Positions 20,740 to 30,726 are shown, numbered from the stretch's first letter. The stretch: DNA of 64,000 bases from Cellvibrionaceae bacterium (GCA_021151615.1 JAGKXA010000002.1:4920-68919), one strand, 5' to 3'. Numbers and translations: made by a program. The notes: generated by a model from the sequence alone, not told the origin.

Positions 20740-22143
20740 GTGTCAGTTCCTACCAGTGTTCAATCCCTGCTCAACAAGCAAAATGTGCATTATCAGGTGA
20801 CTGAAGTGCCTGTATCCGAGCATGAGCGAGCGCTTTGGCATGACCAGCACCTGCGAACCATGAGTGCGGCCAAATCAGTAATATTGCAGGACACCAAAGG
20901 GCGTGTGCAGGTGATCTACGCCGCTGACCGTTTGCTGGATCTCAAGGCCGTTAATCGCCAATTGGGGCGTGAGCTACATGCCGCCAGCCCGGCGGATATC
21001 CAGAAGTTCTGCAGCTCCCACAACCTGCAATCCATTCCGGCCCTGCCCAAACTGGCAGGTTTGCTTACGCTGATTGATCGCAGCCTTGTTGAGCGCAATG
21101 AGCTACTGGCGGATTCTGGCGATGAAAAACAACTGTTGAAATTCAGCCGCGATGAATTCAGGCAGATGATGGATGACGCCACCATCTGCGATATCGCTGT
21201 GCCGCTGGAGCCGCTGGAACTGGAAGATCCCAGCACTAGCGATACTGACCAGATTTTAGGTGCAGTGCGCAACTTTACCCAGCTACGCGTCAAACAGCGT
21301 TTGGAAGAAACCCTGGAGCTACCGCCGCTATCTGACACTGCCCAGCGCATTATCAAGCTGCGGGTAAACCCCAATGCGGATATTAGCGATCTCGCACAAA
21401 TTGTTGAAACAGACCCGAGCCTCGCTGCGCAAGTGGTGAGTTGGGCAGCATCGCCTTACTATTCGGCACCGGGCAAGATCAAATCTATCCATGACGCCAT
21501 AGTGCGGGTACTGGGTTTTGATATGGTGCTCAACCTGGCGCTGGGTTTGTCGCTGGGCAAGGCCATGACTATTCCCAAAGACGGCCCTCACGGCGCCCAG
21601 CCATACTGGCATCAGGCGGTATACATGGCCGCTACGATTGAAGGCCTGGTGACTGCGATTCCACGCGATCACCGCCCCAGTTTTGGTATGGCCTACCTCT
21701 GTGGCCTGCTGCACAACTTCGGTTACCTGATCCTGGGTGAGGTGTTCCCACCCTATTTCCAGAATTACTGTGAACTTGCCGATGCCAACCCTCATGTGAA
21801 TCACCAGGCGATTGAGCGCCATCTGCTAGGCGTAACCCGCGAGCAATTGGCGGCGACCCTGATGTCGCTTTGGTCTATGCCAGAGGAGGTGGTGGTCGGG
21901 CTGCGCCACCAAAATAACCCTGACTACCAGGGCGAATATGCGAGCTACGCCAAGCTGATTTTTGTCGCTCAGCGATTGTTGCAGCAGCACAACATCGGGC
22001 GCGGCCCCAAGTTGGCGATTCCACCGCAGGTGTTTGAAGACTTGCACCTGGATCCGGAAAAAGCCTACACCACAGTAGCGAATATCATTGAGTCGAGTGA
22101 TGACCTTAAGCACATCGCTCACGAACTGTCGCCCCATCATTGA
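20740..22143 (+). CDS. YbaK/aminoacyl-tRNA-deacylase-like + HDOD domain protein
   Basis: N-terminal AKSVIL.D...LLDL.AVNRQLGREL YbaK-like region; C-terminal LPPL...DPSLAAQVVSWAASPYY...GLLHNFG HDOD. Confidence 0.85.
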   Translation: MSVPTSVQSLLNKQNVHYQVTEVPVSEHERALWHDQHLRTMSAAKSVILQDTKGRVQVIYAADRLLDLKAVNRQLGRELHAASPADIQKFCSSHNLQSIPALPKLAGLLTLIDRSLVERNELLADSGDEKQLLKFSRDEFRQMMDDATICDIAVPLEPLELEDPSTSDTDQILGAVRNFTQLRVKQRLEETLELPPLSDTAQRIIKLRVNPNADISDLAQIVETDPSLAAQVVSWAASPYYSAPGKIKSIHDAIVRVLGFDMVLNLALGLSLGKAMTIPKDGPHGAQPYWHQAVYMAATIEGLVTAIPRDHRPSFGMAYLCGLLHNFGYLILGEVFPPYFQNYCELADANPHVNHQAIERHLLGVTREQLAATLMSLWSMPEEVVVGLRHQNNPDYQGEYASYAKLIFVAQRLLQQHNIGRGPKLAIPPQVFEDLHLDPEKAYTTVANIIESSDDLKHIAHELSPHH

Positions 22144-22160
22144 TTGTCGCCTTTGTCACC

Positions 22161-22184
22161 AAAACCCCTTTTTTAAGGGGTTTT
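22161..22184. terminator. Hairpin terminator
   Basis: AAAACCCCTT-tttt-AAGGGGTTTT. Confidence 0.7.
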
Positions 22185-22244
22185 GTCTTTATGGTGAAGG
22201 CGTTTTCAGGACTGGCAAGAGACAATGAGAAAGTTGTTTTATGA

Positions 22245-23054
22245 GTGAGTGGTTTTATGAATGAATTGTTCAAGGCTGCCGAGGCGGCAGCGATTTTGGT
22301 AGCACGTCGTGTTGAAGGGACCCAGGGTGAGCGTTTACCCGAGGCCTGCCGCCCGCAGGATCTGGAGCAGGCACTGGCCATTCAGGCGGCAGTGACTGAA
22401 CACTGGTGCGAGCGCATGGACGATAGCATCGGCGGCTGGAAATGCCTGTTGCCACCGGAGAATAAACTGGTCGTTGGCCCTATCTACACCCGCACCATAG
22501 ATTCAGTTCCACCGGTCAGCCTTTGGCCCAAGCCTGGCCAGGCCAGCATCGCCCGCGTTGAACCGGAGCTGGCGTTTTTCTTTGGACAGGATTTGCCTGC
22601 GCGCGCCGAGCCCTATACCCCGGCAGAGGTAGATGCAGCTATTGCCCGCACCCATATGGCGCTGGAATTGATCAATGGCCGCTACGCGGATCCAGCGCAA
22701 TGTGAATTTCCGGAAATGCTGGCCGATGGGCTGGTCAACCAGGGCTTGTTTATTGGCCCGCTAGTGGATTCATCCAGCGCTGCGGCAGCGAGCAGTTTTA
22801 CGATTAGGTTCGAATGCGCCAATGGCGAAGTAATAGAGCGCCAGGGGCAGCACCCCAATACCTATCCGCGTGCGCCCCTCTACTGGCTGGCCGAGTTTCT
22901 GCGCAGTCGCGGCCAGGGCATAGTGGCCGGGCAGGCGGTGATTACCGGCTCTTACGCCGGGGTGATTGAGGTGCCGATGAATACTGATATCCAGATTGAT
23001 TATGCTGGCTTGGGTAGTATGCGGGTTAGTTTTACTGCCCGAACTACCGTTTAG
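22245..23054 (+). CDS. 2-keto-4-pentenoate hydratase-like (FAH superfamily) protein
   Basis: GGWKC, VEPELAF, ALELI..RY, LADGL.N.G, G..VITGS. Confidence 0.85.
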   Translation: MSGFMNELFKAAEAAAILVARRVEGTQGERLPEACRPQDLEQALAIQAAVTEHWCERMDDSIGGWKCLLPPENKLVVGPIYTRTIDSVPPVSLWPKPGQASIARVEPELAFFFGQDLPARAEPYTPAEVDAAIARTHMALELINGRYADPAQCEFPEMLADGLVNQGLFIGPLVDSSSAAAASSFTIRFECANGEVIERQGQHPNTYPRAPLYWLAEFLRSRGQGIVAGQAVITGSYAGVIEVPMNTDIQIDYAGLGSMRVSFTARTTV

Positions 23055-23067
23055 TGAGGAGTAGTGT

Positions 23068-23475
23068 ATGAACCAGGAAACCCCGTTTTATTCCTGTGAA
23101 ATCCCGGTGCGCTGGGGTGATATGGACGCTTACGGCCATGTGAATAACACCCTCTACTTCCGCTATTTTGAAGAGGCACGCTTTCAGTGGATGCTGGAAA
23201 AAGGCCTACCTCTCAAAAGCGATACACACCCGGTGGTAGTTACTATTGGTTGTACTTTCTTGCGCCCCATTTTCCACCCTGAAACCCTGCGTATCGATGT
23301 ATTCCTGTCCGAACCGGGGCGCTCCAGCTTTATGGTCAAGTACAAGGTGTACACCCTGTCGCAACCGGCCGCACCTGCTGCAGAAGGTTATTCCAAGGTG
23401 GTTTGGGTCAGCTCGGTGGATGGTAAATCTGTCCCCCTTCCCGATGTGGTGCGCGCGTGGTTCCCAGTGGCCTGA
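23068..23475 (+). CDS. Acyl-CoA thioesterase (4HBT/hotdog fold)
   Basis: VRWGDMDAYGHVNN..YFRYFEEAR. Confidence 0.93.
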   Translation: MNQETPFYSCEIPVRWGDMDAYGHVNNTLYFRYFEEARFQWMLEKGLPLKSDTHPVVVTIGCTFLRPIFHPETLRIDVFLSEPGRSSFMVKYKVYTLSQPAAPAAEGYSKVVWVSSVDGKSVPLPDVVRAWFPVA

Positions 23476-24221
23476 TTCCCGACTGGCTAGCTGCAGGAGG
23501 TTGGGGTTTAGCTGCCGCCAGTGCCCTGCTGATAGGTTCATTGCTTGGCTGGCTTATCCGCTTCTCTTCCAAAGCCATCGCCCATGTGATGGCTTTTGGC
23601 AGCGGTATTCTGGTCGCTGCCCTGAGTTTTGAATTGGTGGAGGAGGCGCAAGCAGAGGCAAGTATTCTCTGGGTAGCCGGGGGTTTTATGCTTGGGGCGC
23701 TGCTCTTTTCTCTTATTAACCATCGCTTGGCCAGCCCTGGCGTGAAGCATCGAAAACGCTCCCATGGCCAGCAGCCGGCCACTGATAATAGCGGTCTGGC
23801 GATTGCAGCGGGCACCTTGCTTGACGGCATTCCCGAGTCGCTTGCCATAGGTCTGCTGGTGGCCAGCGGTGGCAAGCTCAGCATTGCCACTGTGGCAGCG
23901 ATTTTTATCTCCAATATTCCCGAAGCCTTGTCCAGCACTGCCGGTATGCGCAGAGCCGGGCGCAGCGGCTGGTTTATGGTGCGGCTCTGGGGTGGCATGG
24001 CGCTCTTGTCGGGTGTATTTGCGATAGTGGGCGCCGTATTTTTTGGCGCTGCTCCCGCCCCGGTGAAAGCCTTAATTACCTGTATCGCAGCGGGCGGCAT
24101 CTTCGCCATGGTGGTGGAGACCATGATCCCCGAAGCCTTTGCCGAAACCCACGAGCTCTCTGGTTTGATGGCAGCATTAGGGTTTGTTGCCGCATTGGCA
24201 CTGCAAGCTCTGGAGGTTTGA
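23457..24221 (+). CDS. ZIP-family metal transporter
   Basis: AFGSGIL, LDGIPES, SNIPEALSS, ETMIPEAF; multiple TM helices; start ambiguous. Confidence 0.88.
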   Translation: MVPSGLIPDWLAAGGWGLAAASALLIGSLLGWLIRFSSKAIAHVMAFGSGILVAALSFELVEEAQAEASILWVAGGFMLGALLFSLINHRLASPGVKHRKRSHGQQPATDNSGLAIAAGTLLDGIPESLAIGLLVASGGKLSIATVAAIFISNIPEALSSTAGMRRAGRSGWFMVRLWGGMALLSGVFAIVGAVFFGAAPAPVKALITCIAAGGIFAMVVETMIPEAFAETHELSGLMAALGFVAALALQALEV

Positions 24222-24265
24222 GCCACACTGATCGAGAGTCGCTACAGCTCAGTGCTTGTTTTGCG

Positions 24266-24283
24266 TAGTCATCAAACGGTAAC
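24266..24283 (+). promoter_or_regulatory. Putative pho box
   Basis: TAGTCAT-CAAA-CGGTAAC, an 11-bp-period match to CTGTCAT-N4-CTGTMAY, upstream of phoX. Confidence 0.55.
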
Positions 24284-24361
24284 CTCGCTGATTGAAAAAG
24301 GTGGCCTGTAAATCCTCACTGTCCATTTGATTACACCTTTGCTTGCAACCAAGGAAACTCC

Positions 24362-25825
24362 ATGTTGACCCGTCGTCACTTTCTTAAAAATGCCAGCGCC
24401 ACCGCCATAGCTTTAGGGGGATTGCGTAGCTTGCAGCTACAAGCGCAGGTCTATGCGCAGGATCCCGTCAACGGAATCGACAAGGTTGGGCAGTTGCTGG
24501 CAGATCCAGCGGGAATCCTCAATCTGCCGCGTGACTTTAGCTACAAAGTTATCGCCCGCACTGGCGACCTTATGAGTGATGGGCTGCGGATGCCCAGCGC
24601 CCCTGATGGTATGGCGGCCTTTCCACTGCCGGACGATGCCAGCAAATGCATTCTGATTCGCAATCATGAGCTTGCGTCAGTGGGCGAGGAGACCAGCGCA
24701 TTTGCCGGCCAGGCAAAACTGGCCAAGCAGACCAAAGGCACCGCTTATGATTTTTATAAAGGGCTGCCGGTGAATGGCGGTACTACCAGCCTGGTCTACA
24801 GCCATCGCAGCCAACAAATAGAACGCAGCCATCTGAGTCTGGTGGGTTCGGCGCGTAACTGCAGCGGTGGTGCAACTCCCTGGGGAAGTTGGCTGACGTG
24901 CGAGGAAACCTTGGTGGGTAAACAGCATGGCTATGGCCGCGAGCATGGTTACATCTTTGAGGTTCCCTCCAGTGCCAAAGGTTTGGTTGAGGCAATCCCG
25001 CTAAAAGACATGGGGCGTTTTATGCACGAGGCGGCAGCGGTGGACAGTACCACCGGGATTGTCTACCTCTCCGAAGATGATGCCAAAGGCCTGTTTTACC
25101 GCTTTATCCCCAATACGCCCGGCGAACTGGTGCAAGGTGGGCGCTTGCAAGCGCTCACCATTCGCGGATGGCCTGGCGCCAACACCCGCAATTGGCCGGA
25201 AGATGCGGGCAAACCGGGCGTACAACCAGTGGCCATGCGTCAGCGTTTTGATTGTGAGTGGATCGACCTGGAAGATGTAACCGCGCCTCAAGGGGATTTA
25301 AACCTGCGCGGCCACGCGCAGGGGGCAGCGATTTTTGCCCGCGGTGAGGGCTTGGCGTTTGCCTTGCGCGAGGACAAAACCCGCGAAATCCTCATCGCTG
25401 CAACTGGCGGTGGTCCACTCCAGATAGGCCAGGTTTGGCGCTATCAACCCAGCCCCTATGAAGGCACTGCGCGGGAAACTGAGCAGCCGGGTGTGCTGGA
25501 GTTGCTTTATGAAACCCATAACCGGGCGATTCTGGAATCCTGCGATAACCTGGCGGTTGCGCCCTGGGGGGATCTGATTATCTGTGAGGATAGCTATTCG
25601 GATTTACCCGATACCGTGAACTATCTGCGCGGCCTGACACCAGATGGCAAGATCTATACTCTGGCGATGAACGCCCATCCTGATAAGGGCGAGTTCTGTG
25701 GCGCCTGCTTCTCGCCAGACGGCACGACCCTGTTTGTGAATATTCAACGACCAGGGATGACCCTTGCCATCACTGGCCCCTGGTCCCGGCTGCGCAATCA
25801 GGCAAAGGGTATCGCCGTTCTGTAA
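24362..25825 (+). CDS. phoX: Tat-exported PhoX-family alkaline phosphatase
   Basis: TRRHFLK twin-arginine signal; RNHE, NCSGGATPWGSWLTCEE, MGRFMHEA, DNL, FVNIQ.PG. Confidence 0.92.
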   Translation: MLTRRHFLKNASATAIALGGLRSLQLQAQVYAQDPVNGIDKVGQLLADPAGILNLPRDFSYKVIARTGDLMSDGLRMPSAPDGMAAFPLPDDASKCILIRNHELASVGEETSAFAGQAKLAKQTKGTAYDFYKGLPVNGGTTSLVYSHRSQQIERSHLSLVGSARNCSGGATPWGSWLTCEETLVGKQHGYGREHGYIFEVPSSAKGLVEAIPLKDMGRFMHEAAAVDSTTGIVYLSEDDAKGLFYRFIPNTPGELVQGGRLQALTIRGWPGANTRNWPEDAGKPGVQPVAMRQRFDCEWIDLEDVTAPQGDLNLRGHAQGAAIFARGEGLAFALREDKTREILIAATGGGPLQIGQVWRYQPSPYEGTARETEQPGVLELLYETHNRAILESCDNLAVAPWGDLIICEDSYSDLPDTVNYLRGLTPDGKIYTLAMNAHPDKGEFCGACFSPDGTTLFVNIQRPGMTLAITGPWSRLRNQAKGIAVL

Positions 25826-25843
25826 CACATGAACTGCGAGCGG

Positions 25844-26695
25844 CTAAGCGCTCGCTGTTTGCAATTCCTGCCAGGCCACAGTGTCGCTGTGGTGGAGCAG
25901 ACGCATAGTGCCCTGGTGATCCTCTACCAGCGCAGTGCAGTTTTCGATCCAGTCTCCGCAGTTGGCATAGCGCAGCTCGCCCACTTCACGCAGCGCAGGG
26001 TAGTGGATATGCCCGCATACGACACCATCATACCCACGCCGTTTGGCCTCCCCCAGCGCTTCCCGCTCGTAGGTTTCAATGGCCTTTTTGGCGCCTTTGA
26101 TATTGCTCTTGATCAACCCTGCCAGTGAAAAGTAGGGGCGGCCGACCAGTTTGCGCAGGCGATCGGACCAGCGGTTGATAAACAGCAGCAGCTCATAGCC
26201 GTGGTCACCAATTACCCGCGTCAGCCAGCTATGGTTGATATAGGCGTCCATGGCATCACCGTGCATCACGAGCAGCCGTTTGCCATCAGCGGTGATGTAT
26301 TCGTGCTCGTGGGCAATTTCAATCGGGCCAAATAATTGGCCGCTGAAATGGCGGATAGGGTCGTCGTGGTTGCCAGGTACATAAACAACACGTACTCCCT
26401 GCGCAGCTAGCTCATAAAATTTCAGCATTACCTGATAATGCTTTTTGGGCCAGCAAAACCGGCGCTGGAGCGACCATAAATCCACTATATCGCCCACCAG
26501 GTACAAAGTATCGCAGTGGATTTTATTGAGGAAGTCGAGCAGGTAATCCGCTTTGCAGTCGCGGAAGCCCAAATGTATATCGGAGATCCATACAGTGCGG
26601 GCGTTGATTAGATAGCTGGTGGGGCGCGGTTGCAGCTCTGGCGCCTGCGCAGCCTCCAGCAAGGGAGCGGCCAGCGGGTGAGCGGATGAATTCAT
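25844..26695 (-). CDS. LpxH-like metallophosphoesterase, PlcP-type phospholipase C candidate
   Basis: ISDIHLG, GDIVD, PGNHD, HGD, CGHIH, NCGDW. Confidence 0.85.
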   Translation of the reverse strand: MNSSAHPLAAPLLEAAQAPELQPRPTSYLINARTVWISDIHLGFRDCKADYLLDFLNKIHCDTLYLVGDIVDLWSLQRRFCWPKKHYQVMLKFYELAAQGVRVVYVPGNHDDPIRHFSGQLFGPIEIAHEHEYITADGKRLLVMHGDAMDAYINHSWLTRVIGDHGYELLLFINRWSDRLRKLVGRPYFSLAGLIKSNIKGAKKAIETYEREALGEAKRRGYDGVVCGHIHYPALREVGELRYANCGDWIENCTALVEDHQGTMRLLHHSDTVAWQELQTASA

Positions 26696-26738
26696 AGTGC
26701 GTTTCCGTAGCTGTTTCACCCAAGTCTGGGGTGATACT

Positions 26739-26778
26739 GTGACGAAAACGCAACATTTTGATGAATCTTGAATGACAG
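26739..26778 (-). promoter_or_regulatory. Tandem pho boxes
   Basis: Minus strand reads CTGTCAT-TCAA-GATTCAT-CAAA-ATGTTGC-GTTT-TCGTCAC: four units at 11-bp period, the first one perfect. Confidence 0.7.
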
Positions 26779-26780
26779 CC

Positions 26781-27029
26781 CTAATGGCTGTTACCAAGTG
26801 CCTGTTGGTTAAGTGGCTGCTGGTTTTTGCCGTTATCCTGCGTCAGCCAATCCAGCACCGCTTGACGGCTTGCCAGCATTTCCTGATAGGTTTGCAATAC
26901 CACCGGATTGGGGCTGGGTTGCTCATTGAGCAGCGCGATACGTGAGAGCAAAAAGCTGATATCGGCCTGCACTTTTTCCGCAACTTCGGTGCTATTGAAC
27001 GCCTCGGTACCTATATTAAGTATTGTCAT
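26781..27029 (-). CDS. Small hypothetical helical protein (82 aa)
   Basis: MTILNIGTEAF...TYQEMLASRQAVLDWL; AAGGA and AGGT elements upstream; fills the intergenic gap. Confidence 0.7.
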   Translation of the reverse strand: MTILNIGTEAFNSTEVAEKVQADISFLLSRIALLNEQPSPNPVVLQTYQEMLASRQAVLDWLTQDNGKNQQPLNQQALGNSH

Positions 27030-27114
27030 GGGCTGACCTGTCCTTGTTGAGTTCGCCGCCAATAGGGTTGATGGTGTCAATGCGGCATGTTGGACAGTAT
27101 TACCTAAACTTAAA

Positions 27115-27130
27115 TGTGAAAACAGTCGCA
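27115..27130. promoter_or_regulatory. CRP/Vfr-type box
   Basis: AAA-TGTGA-AAACAG-TCGCA-ATTT, one mismatch to the consensus core, with AT-rich flanks. Confidence 0.5.
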
Positions 27131-27167
27131 ATTTGCACTGAATCTTGTGAGCTTTGGCTTACAAGAT

Positions 27168-27953
27168 TCATCCGGATTGCCGCTTGAAAAGCGTTAAGCC
27201 AAACATAAGGGTTGCGGACAACACTATTGCTGGCCCAGCTGGGCTGTCCCACCAATAGGAGGCGCTCAACCCGGCGACCACTGCTAGTGCACCCAGAAGG
27301 CTGGCGATAATTGCCATTTGCTCTGGAGTGTGAGTGAGCCGGCGGCTGGCTGCCGCAGGGATAATCAATAGCGCAGTGATTAGCAATACCCCAACAACTT
27401 TCATGGCAATCGCAATCACCAGTGCCATCAGCAGCATCAACGCAGTTCGTACGCGCACTACCGGAATACCTTCAACTTGCGCCAGCTCCTCGTGGACGGT
27501 AATTGCCAGTAGCGGTCGCCATAACCTCATCAACGCACCGAGTACGCTGATGCTGATGACCCAAATACCGGTTACATCACCTGGGCTGACAGCCAGAATA
27601 TCGCCGAATAAATAGGCTAACAGGTCAATACGGTTTTCGCTAAAAACACTTACGCACACCAGCCCGAGAGCGAGTGTGGAGTGGGACAAAATACCCAGTA
27701 GGGTATCGGTAGCGAGGAAACGGTTGTGCTGCAGGCCAACCAGAATCAGTGCCAGCAACAAGCATCCCAACGCAATCGCTAGGTTGAGGTTGATATCAAG
27801 CAGCAAGCCAAAGGTCACCCCCAACAGGGCAGAGTGAGCGAGGGTATCGCCAAAGTAGGCCATCCTGCGCCAGACTGCGAAGGCACCTAGTGGGCCAGCG
27901 ACCAGCGCAACCGCAAGGCCAGCGAGCAGGGCAGGGAGCAGGAAATCAATCAT
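27168..27953 (-). CDS. znuB: Zinc ABC transporter permease
   Basis: [41 protein letters not shown]. Confidence 0.97.
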   Translation of the reverse strand: MIDFLLPALLAGLAVALVAGPLGAFAVWRRMAYFGDTLAHSALLGVTFGLLLDINLNLAIALGCLLLALILVGLQHNRFLATDTLLGILSHSTLALGLVCVSVFSENRIDLLAYLFGDILAVSPGDVTGIWVISISVLGALMRLWRPLLAITVHEELAQVEGIPVVRVRTALMLLMALVIAIAMKVVGVLLITALLIIPAAASRRLTHTPEQMAIIASLLGALAVVAGLSASYWWDSPAGPAIVLSATLMFGLTLFKRQSG

Positions 27954-28782
27954 GGTGGTGATGCTCGCAACTAGCGCCGTGGCTGTGACCCGCACTGCAG
28001 TCCATGCCGTGGCGGTGGAGCAACTTGTCCTTACCATTGTGGATTACATTGCCGTGGGCATCATGCTGGTGATCGTGGTGGTGGGTGTAAATTGCCACTT
28101 GCGGGGTGCTGGTGTTACCGGTGATCTCGCCAAACAGGGCCAGATAGGCCGGGTCGTTGGTAACCTGTTCCGGGTGGCCTTGGCAGCATACGTGCTGGTT
28201 TAGGCAAATCACCGTATCGGTAGTCGCCATTACCAGATGCAGGTCATGTGATACCAGCAGCACACCGCAGTGGCGGCGGTTGCGAATCTCGTTGATTAAG
28301 GCGTAGAGCGCCGATTGACCCGTCACGTCCACCCCTTGCACTGGCTCATCCAGTACCAGCAACTGCGGGTCGCGCAGCAGGGCGCGGGCGAGTAAAACCC
28401 GCTGGGTTTCACCGCCGGACAAGGATTGCATAGGTTGGTTGATCAACGCCGTTATACCCGTGAGATGGAGTATTTCATCCAGCGCCACGCGCGGCTTGCC
28501 GCCCAAGGCCAAAAAACGGGCCACAGTCAACGGCAAGCTGGCATCGATATGGAGTTTTTGCGGCATATAGCCAATGCGCAAATCTGATGCCTTCTCAATT
28601 CTGCCCTCATCTACCTTTATTAGCCCTAGCACCGCGCGTACCAGAGTAGTTTTACCTGCGCCGTTGGGGCCAATCAGTGTCACAATCTTGCCAGCTTCCA
28701 GAGTCAGATCGGCCTGTTTCAATATCTGGCGGCCGTTGCGCGAAATCCCCAGTCCGCGGGCGCGAATCAGTTGATCATTCAT
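27946..28782 (-). CDS. znuC: Zinc ABC transporter ATPase
   Basis: [35 protein letters not shown]; His-rich tail. Confidence 0.97.
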   Translation of the reverse strand: MNDQLIRARGLGISRNGRQILKQADLTLEAGKIVTLIGPNGAGKTTLVRAVLGLIKVDEGRIEKASDLRIGYMPQKLHIDASLPLTVARFLALGGKPRVALDEILHLTGITALINQPMQSLSGGETQRVLLARALLRDPQLLVLDEPVQGVDVTGQSALYALINEIRNRRHCGVLLVSHDLHLVMATTDTVICLNQHVCCQGHPEQVTNDPAYLALFGEITGNTSTPQVAIYTHHHDHQHDAHGNVIHNGKDKLLHRHGMDCSAGHSHGASCEHHHHD

Positions 28783-29267
28783 CTGCTGGCTCCCGCGCAA
28801 TTGGCGCAGAGCCCGGAAACTTCCAGTGCTTGGGTTTCCACCGTAAAACCTGCTTGGCCTGCTAGCTGGAGTATTTGCTGGCCCAATTTGGGTTCATCCA
28901 TTTCAATAGCGATATTACAGGCACGGCAAATAAGGAAATAGCTTTGGTGCCGGGTCCCCGGTGACGGGCAGCCGATAAAGGCGTTAAGCACGTTGATGCG
29001 ATGGATCAGCCCCTGTTCCAGCAAAAAGTCGAGCGCGCGATACACAGTGGGCGGCGCCACGCGGCGGGTGCTGGCCTTAGCGAGCATTTCCATCAGCGTA
29101 TAGGCGCCCAGGGGTTTGTGGTTTTGCCAGATCAACTCCAGTACCTGCAGGCGCAAATCGGTCAAGCGCACGCCGCGGCTGAGGCACAGGTTGCGCGCAG
29201 CCTCCAATGCATCATGAATGCAATGGTTGTGATCGTGATGGCTGCAGGCGATGGGGGTGTGTTCCAT
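28779..29267 (-). CDS. zur: Zinc uptake regulator (Fur family)
   Basis: HHDHNHC N-terminus, [15 protein letters not shown] and CANC; within the znu locus. Confidence 0.95.
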   Translation of the reverse strand: MEHTPIACSHHDHNHCIHDALEAARNLCLSRGVRLTDLRLQVLELIWQNHKPLGAYTLMEMLAKASTRRVAPPTVYRALDFLLEQGLIHRINVLNAFIGCPSPGTRHQSYFLICRACNIAIEMDEPKLGQQILQLAGQAGFTVETQALEVSGLCANCAGASR

Positions 29268-29304
29268 AGGGCATCCGGTCAATCGCAAAGGTGAGTAAAC
29301 AGCA

Positions 29305-29327
29305 GATATGTTACGCTATAACCTATT
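29305..29327. promoter_or_regulatory. Zur box
   Basis: GATATGTTACGCTATAACCTATT vs gammaproteobacterial GAAATGTTATANTATAACATTTC, between divergent zur and znuA. Confidence 0.85.
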
Positions 29328-29377
29328 TTCAAGCATGCTTTTCAGCGCTGCCCTCATTGTTGTTAGTGGACCTATTT

Positions 29378-30274
29378 ATGATTCGTGCAGGTGTTATTGG
29401 TTTGATTATTGTGCTGGGGCAGGTGTTGGCCCCCGGGGCGCAAGCAAAGCCACAACTGTTAGCCAGCATCAAACCCTTGGCGCTGATTGCGCAGGAAGTA
29501 GCGGGCGACCGGGTGGAGGTGGATACCTTGCTGCCAATCACTGCATCACCCCACGATTACCCCTTGAAAATGTCCGATCATCGCCGTTTGCGCGAGGCTG
29601 AGTTGATACTCTGGGTGGGTCCGGAACTGGAGAGTTTTCTGGCGCGCGCGCTGGCGAATATCGCAATGGAAAAACAGCTTGTCACTTACACCCTGCCCAA
29701 CCTCTACTGGCCAGAAAATCCAGTCAGTGACGGCCATTATCACGCGAATCATCAGCATACCAAAGGCGATCCCCATCTCTGGTTGGATCCTCGCAATGCC
29801 AGTGTGATTGCACAGGCATTGGCGCAAAAGCTGACGCAGCTTGACCCGTCAGCGGCACAGATTTATCAAACCAATGCGGCGCGCTTTATCGTGTCGGCTG
29901 AACAGCTCGATCAGCAACTCAGCCGACAATTGGCGCCCATAAAAGCGCGCGGCTTTGCGGTGTACCATGAAGGTTACAGTCATTTTGTCGGTCGCTATGG
30001 CCTGCATCAGGTTGGGTATGTCACCTATACACCTGAACGTCGGCCTGGCGCCAAACACTTGAAAGAGCTGCAGGATGTGCTGAAAAAGGAAGGTAAATGC
30101 CTGTTTGTGGAACCCTACTATCAAACGGACTCCATGAACGCTATGGTAAAGTCACTGGGATTAAGGCTGGGAACGCTGGACTCTATTGGCGGGCAACAGG
30201 TGTCCAGCTACAAGGAATTACTCGAACACCTGGGCAACAGCTTTTTAACCTGCCTTGCGGATGTTGCCCATTAA
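29378..30274 (+). CDS. znuA: Zinc ABC transporter periplasmic binding protein
   Basis: SIKPL, SPHDY, WVGPELE, DPHLWLDP, YHEGY. Confidence 0.96.
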   Translation: MIRAGVIGLIIVLGQVLAPGAQAKPQLLASIKPLALIAQEVAGDRVEVDTLLPITASPHDYPLKMSDHRRLREAELILWVGPELESFLARALANIAMEKQLVTYTLPNLYWPENPVSDGHYHANHQHTKGDPHLWLDPRNASVIAQALAQKLTQLDPSAAQIYQTNAARFIVSAEQLDQQLSRQLAPIKARGFAVYHEGYSHFVGRYGLHQVGYVTYTPERRPGAKHLKELQDVLKKEGKCLFVEPYYQTDSMNAMVKSLGLRLGTLDSIGGQQVSSYKELLEHLGNSFLTCLADVAH

Positions 30275-30526
30275 ACTGGTAAACGGCTGGCGCATCTTCA
30301 CATTGCGCGCCTCCAGCATATCCAGTTGCCGCTTATTCAGTTCTATCACAAAGGCATCGTAGTACTGGCGGATGTCCCTATCACTCGATGCTCCTGATTC
30401 CTTTAGGAGCGACAACATACCTTCCTGGGTGGCCATGCGATGGCGAACCCCGGTTTTGTGATAGACACAGCTCGCCAGTTGTTGCATGCGGAAAATTGCC
30501 GTTTGGGAAAAGATCAAGGTGTCCAT
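30245..30526 (-). CDS. Small hypothetical protein (93 aa)
   Basis: Strong GGAGG RBS; natural-looking sequence; 3' end overlaps znuA by 30 nt. Confidence 0.7.
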   Translation of the reverse strand: MDTLIFSQTAIFRMQQLASCVYHKTGVRHRMATQEGMLSLLKESGASSDRDIRQYYDAFVIELNKRQLDMLEARNVKMRQPFTSLMGNIRKAG

Positions 30527-30726
30527 GACATCCTCCAGTTTGTTAAAAACAGGGTCAACACCAACAACCCAGGATTAAAGCAACAAGGCGCTCACTCTCA
30601 AGGCCGAGTCCCGCATCACTGAAAACTGCGAAAAATCCCGCCTACAAATTGAGTCTAGGTTAGAAAATAGTCAGCGCGAGGGACTTCCGCGCCAGCTGAA
30701 CAGCAAATTACAAATTTGTGAAACGC

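Noticed and set aside
23408..24226. 272-aa minus-strand ORF, and similar long antisense ORFs (37495-38109, 48030-48854, 58555-59373)
   Set aside because: Shadow frames of well-supported genes on the opposite strand
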